A DNA stretch of 64,000 nucleotides from Tubiluchus corallicola (taxonomy: Eukaryota > Animalia > Priapulida): NCBI GenBank assembly GCA_030141605.1, contig JAQGDQ010000235.1, forward strand, positions 186,001 to 250,000, in the 5' to 3' direction. The position numbers and the translations under genes are program-made. The notes beneath the pieces are model-generated. The model worked only from the letters and a program-made list of their open reading frames with translations, was not told the origin of the DNA and made no database searches. How positions within the stretch are numbered: the first letter of the stretch is position 1; every line of letters begins with the position of its first letter. This document shows positions 61,301 to 64,000 of this stretch, piece after piece.

Positions 61301-62626
61301 AAGATTGTCAGTGATAATGGTCCACATTTTAGCGGAACAGCATACAAAAATTTCACAAACAGTCTGGGAATTGAACACACAACCAGCAGCCCACATTACC
61401 CAAGAAGTAACTGATACATCGAACGGCAGATACGAACTGTTAATAATGTAATACAGAAATCTGTTGAATCGGGAGATGTGGATTTAGCCGTCATGGTGCT
61501 GAGAACGACGCCTATCGACTCGAGACTACCAAGTCCAGCAGAGATGCTACTAGGATGGAAAATACGTGGAACATTGCCAATAAAAGTATACAACAGGTTA
61601 CAAAACAGAGATGATATTATGGAACAGCTGCTGAGAAGACAGGAAAGCTGCAACACGATAAACACTCAAAGGACCTCACACTATTAACCACAGGACAATG
61701 TATAATGATACAAAACACTGAGAATGACAGATGGTATCCTGCTAAGGTGATACAAAAATGTGTAGTGCCAAGATCCTATATAGTAAGGAAAGATGATGGG
61801 ACAAAATTAAGAAGAAACAGACATCAGTTGAATGTGAGACAAAAGAGTAACCTTTGCAGAACCACCTATTCAGCAGATCACAAAAGGGGAACAGAGACCT
61901 GAGAAACAGCAAACCTCTACGCAAGGTCATGATGAGACTTACAAAGGTATAATAAGAAAGGTGCATTACAATGTGAATGATAAACAAAATGAGGGTGAAG
62001 CTACAAATGGTTACAAGACAAGATATGGACGCACAATTCACAAACCAAGAAGATATATAGAGTAACTGAGCTAATGCATTAAACAATTCGAAATCGTGCT
62101 GAAGAAACATATATTCATTGTGGTAATCAGTTCCCAAGTTTCATGCTTGAAAGTTTCAATTTTATGTTACCCAGTTTCATTATTAATCATACAGTTGATA
62201 TAGTTATAAATTGATGTTTGAACAACATTTGTGTACCAGTAAGCCTAGCTTAAGCTGGAGATTTGAAGTATAGGTTAAAAGTTAAGGTAGTTAACCAGAT
62301 CATAAGTTTTTTTGTTTTTAAGTGACTCTAAATGATAGAAAATTGAATATAAAATGTTACATATTTATAATATGTATATATAGTTTACATATAATATTTG
62401 GCAGTCATATAGGAAACAGCAAACAATGTCACAGTTGCTTAAATTTATTTTGAAAAGCATATACACAGTTTGTATAACTAATAAGTAAACAGATTCTCTT
62501 CATTGTAGGAGGAGGATGTAGTGGACTATATTAAGTTGCGTATTGTTAGTGTGTTCAACAAGTCATGATGGACGGAAATAAACATGTAACACAATTGTCT
62601 CTACCATCTAGTTTATTTTAGTGACA
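58380..62626 (+). mobile_element. Degenerate Gypsy (Mag-like) LTR retrotransposon, 5'-truncated
   Basis: Cys/His gag knuckles, protease KVDTGAQ, RT (IRVCLDP, RLPFGL), RNase H (TDHKPL), integrase (H..HLG...C..C, SDNGP); PPT AGGAGGAGGA at 62507-16 then a putative short LTR starting TGTAG at 62517; stops and frameshifts. Confidence 0.9.
60351..60557 (+). repeat. Three tandem 69-bp in-frame copies inside the Gypsy RNase H
   Basis: ARSFTIVTDHKPLVS(I/M)LKKNVST x3; one substitution among the copies. Confidence 0.95.
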
Positions 62627-64000
62627 ACTTTGGCTTGAAAATACGACTAGTGACTGTTAAATTATAACAAAATAGACAAAGTAATGCAAGTGTCACCAAA
62701 CGGCATGATCAGCATAACGCCAACAGAAAATCTAACTACGTGTAAAAACAAGTGTGATTGATAGGTGGCGTATAGTACTACAGCTTAGGTCACGTGATTA
62801 AGAATAGCTTCGTGTCAAACTATTTCAGGAAATGCATATTTGTAAAAGTACAAAATAAAACAAATAATTATAGAAGGCTAAATTAAATTCATTATAAATC
62901 AACAAATAGAATTAATAATCTCTCGTTTAACATTTTGGATTGGTTGTAATTGTAGTAGTTTGCAGCTACAAAATAGCCTGCTCAAGAACCTGATAGGTTT
63001 ATTGTTCGTTTATAGTGCACGGTAGCCAAATTATTTCATGTTTAATTCAAAATTAGCATGCCAACGTGTGAGATGATCACGATTGATAAATTGATTTTTG
63101 CTAATTACACGAGGCACTTATCACAACTTGATTATGGAAACTTTTTTTCAAGTATTAAATTACATTAAACTTCCTGAGAGCCTTGACTTTTCCCTGAGCT
63201 GGCAAATTTTTATCACTTCTCAGTTAGTGGAAAATGGTAGAAAATTCAAATATTCCTTATATGATTTCAGTAATTCATTGGCAAAATCTATATTCGTCCT
63301 AATATATTACAGGGTTAGGTGATTTGATGTCAGGATTTATTAAGTGAAAAATGACAACAGCTTTACTTTAAACTAAGGAATAATATAATTACCGTTTTGA
63401 GAATTGTGAAAAAATTGTGCATACCTAATTTAAACTTATATTTATAAATTAAGTTGCTTGTATCAATGCTGTTATGGCTGCTGTAAGCAGTTTGATGTGG
63501 ATGTGGCTTCACAAAATGTTTCGTGCCCAACTAGGGCCCATGTCTGGTAACAACCAATATCTAAAATTTATATAGCAATGTCGTACACTGTAGTACACTG
63601 CATAAATAAAAACTTACAGTAAGAAACAATAGTCTGGAAAAATAAACAGGATTTCAATAAACATGGTTTTTAGGCTATTTTGAGATTGGACAGATTTTTA
63701 GAGCAGTATGCCATGGTCGGTAATTCAAAATTTTTATTTCTATTTCTACTACTAGATAGATGAAAACGATGGTCCGTAGTATAATATTAAAGAAAGTAAT
63801 TGTTCAGTGCCTGCACGGTTGCAAACTTGAATAGCTTTTTGCTTCCCATGCATACATTTGCATTTACATTGCTTCTTTGGGGCACTTGCACAAATGGTCC
63901 CATATTACCCAAAATACCAACCTGAAAATTAATACTGCTGCTCAAGCATTAAGCATCAGGTCCCTTATTACATCTGATACAGAAAGAACTGGTTACCTGC

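Overview
AT-rich eukaryotic (invertebrate-like) genomic DNA, mostly intron and transposable-element debris. The main content is the middle of one large + strand gene whose start and stop are not visible in the window. I can trace 12 GT-AG exons between 3657 and 50815 (2013 nt, 671 codons). Every exon is phase 1-1 and encodes exactly one cysteine-rich domain: nine invertebrate (rhodniin/LDTI-type) Kazal domains (K) and three Lustrin/WR1-type domains (L), in the order K K K K L L K K K K K L. The reactive-site loops are diversified, and a block of exons appears to have been duplicated together with flanking intron sequence. The introns hold a non-autonomous Helitron family (one copy has its empty site in the window; two copies sit directly upstream of Kazal exons), a ~500-bp-arm inverted repeat and other foldback/MITE elements, a hAT MITE, a deleted Tigger/pogo element, an RTE 3' fragment, a deleted Gypsy element with a tRNA-His primer-binding site (PBS), and decayed CR1/L2 LINEs, BEL/Pao and Gypsy elements. 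All calls were made by eye; no database search was run.
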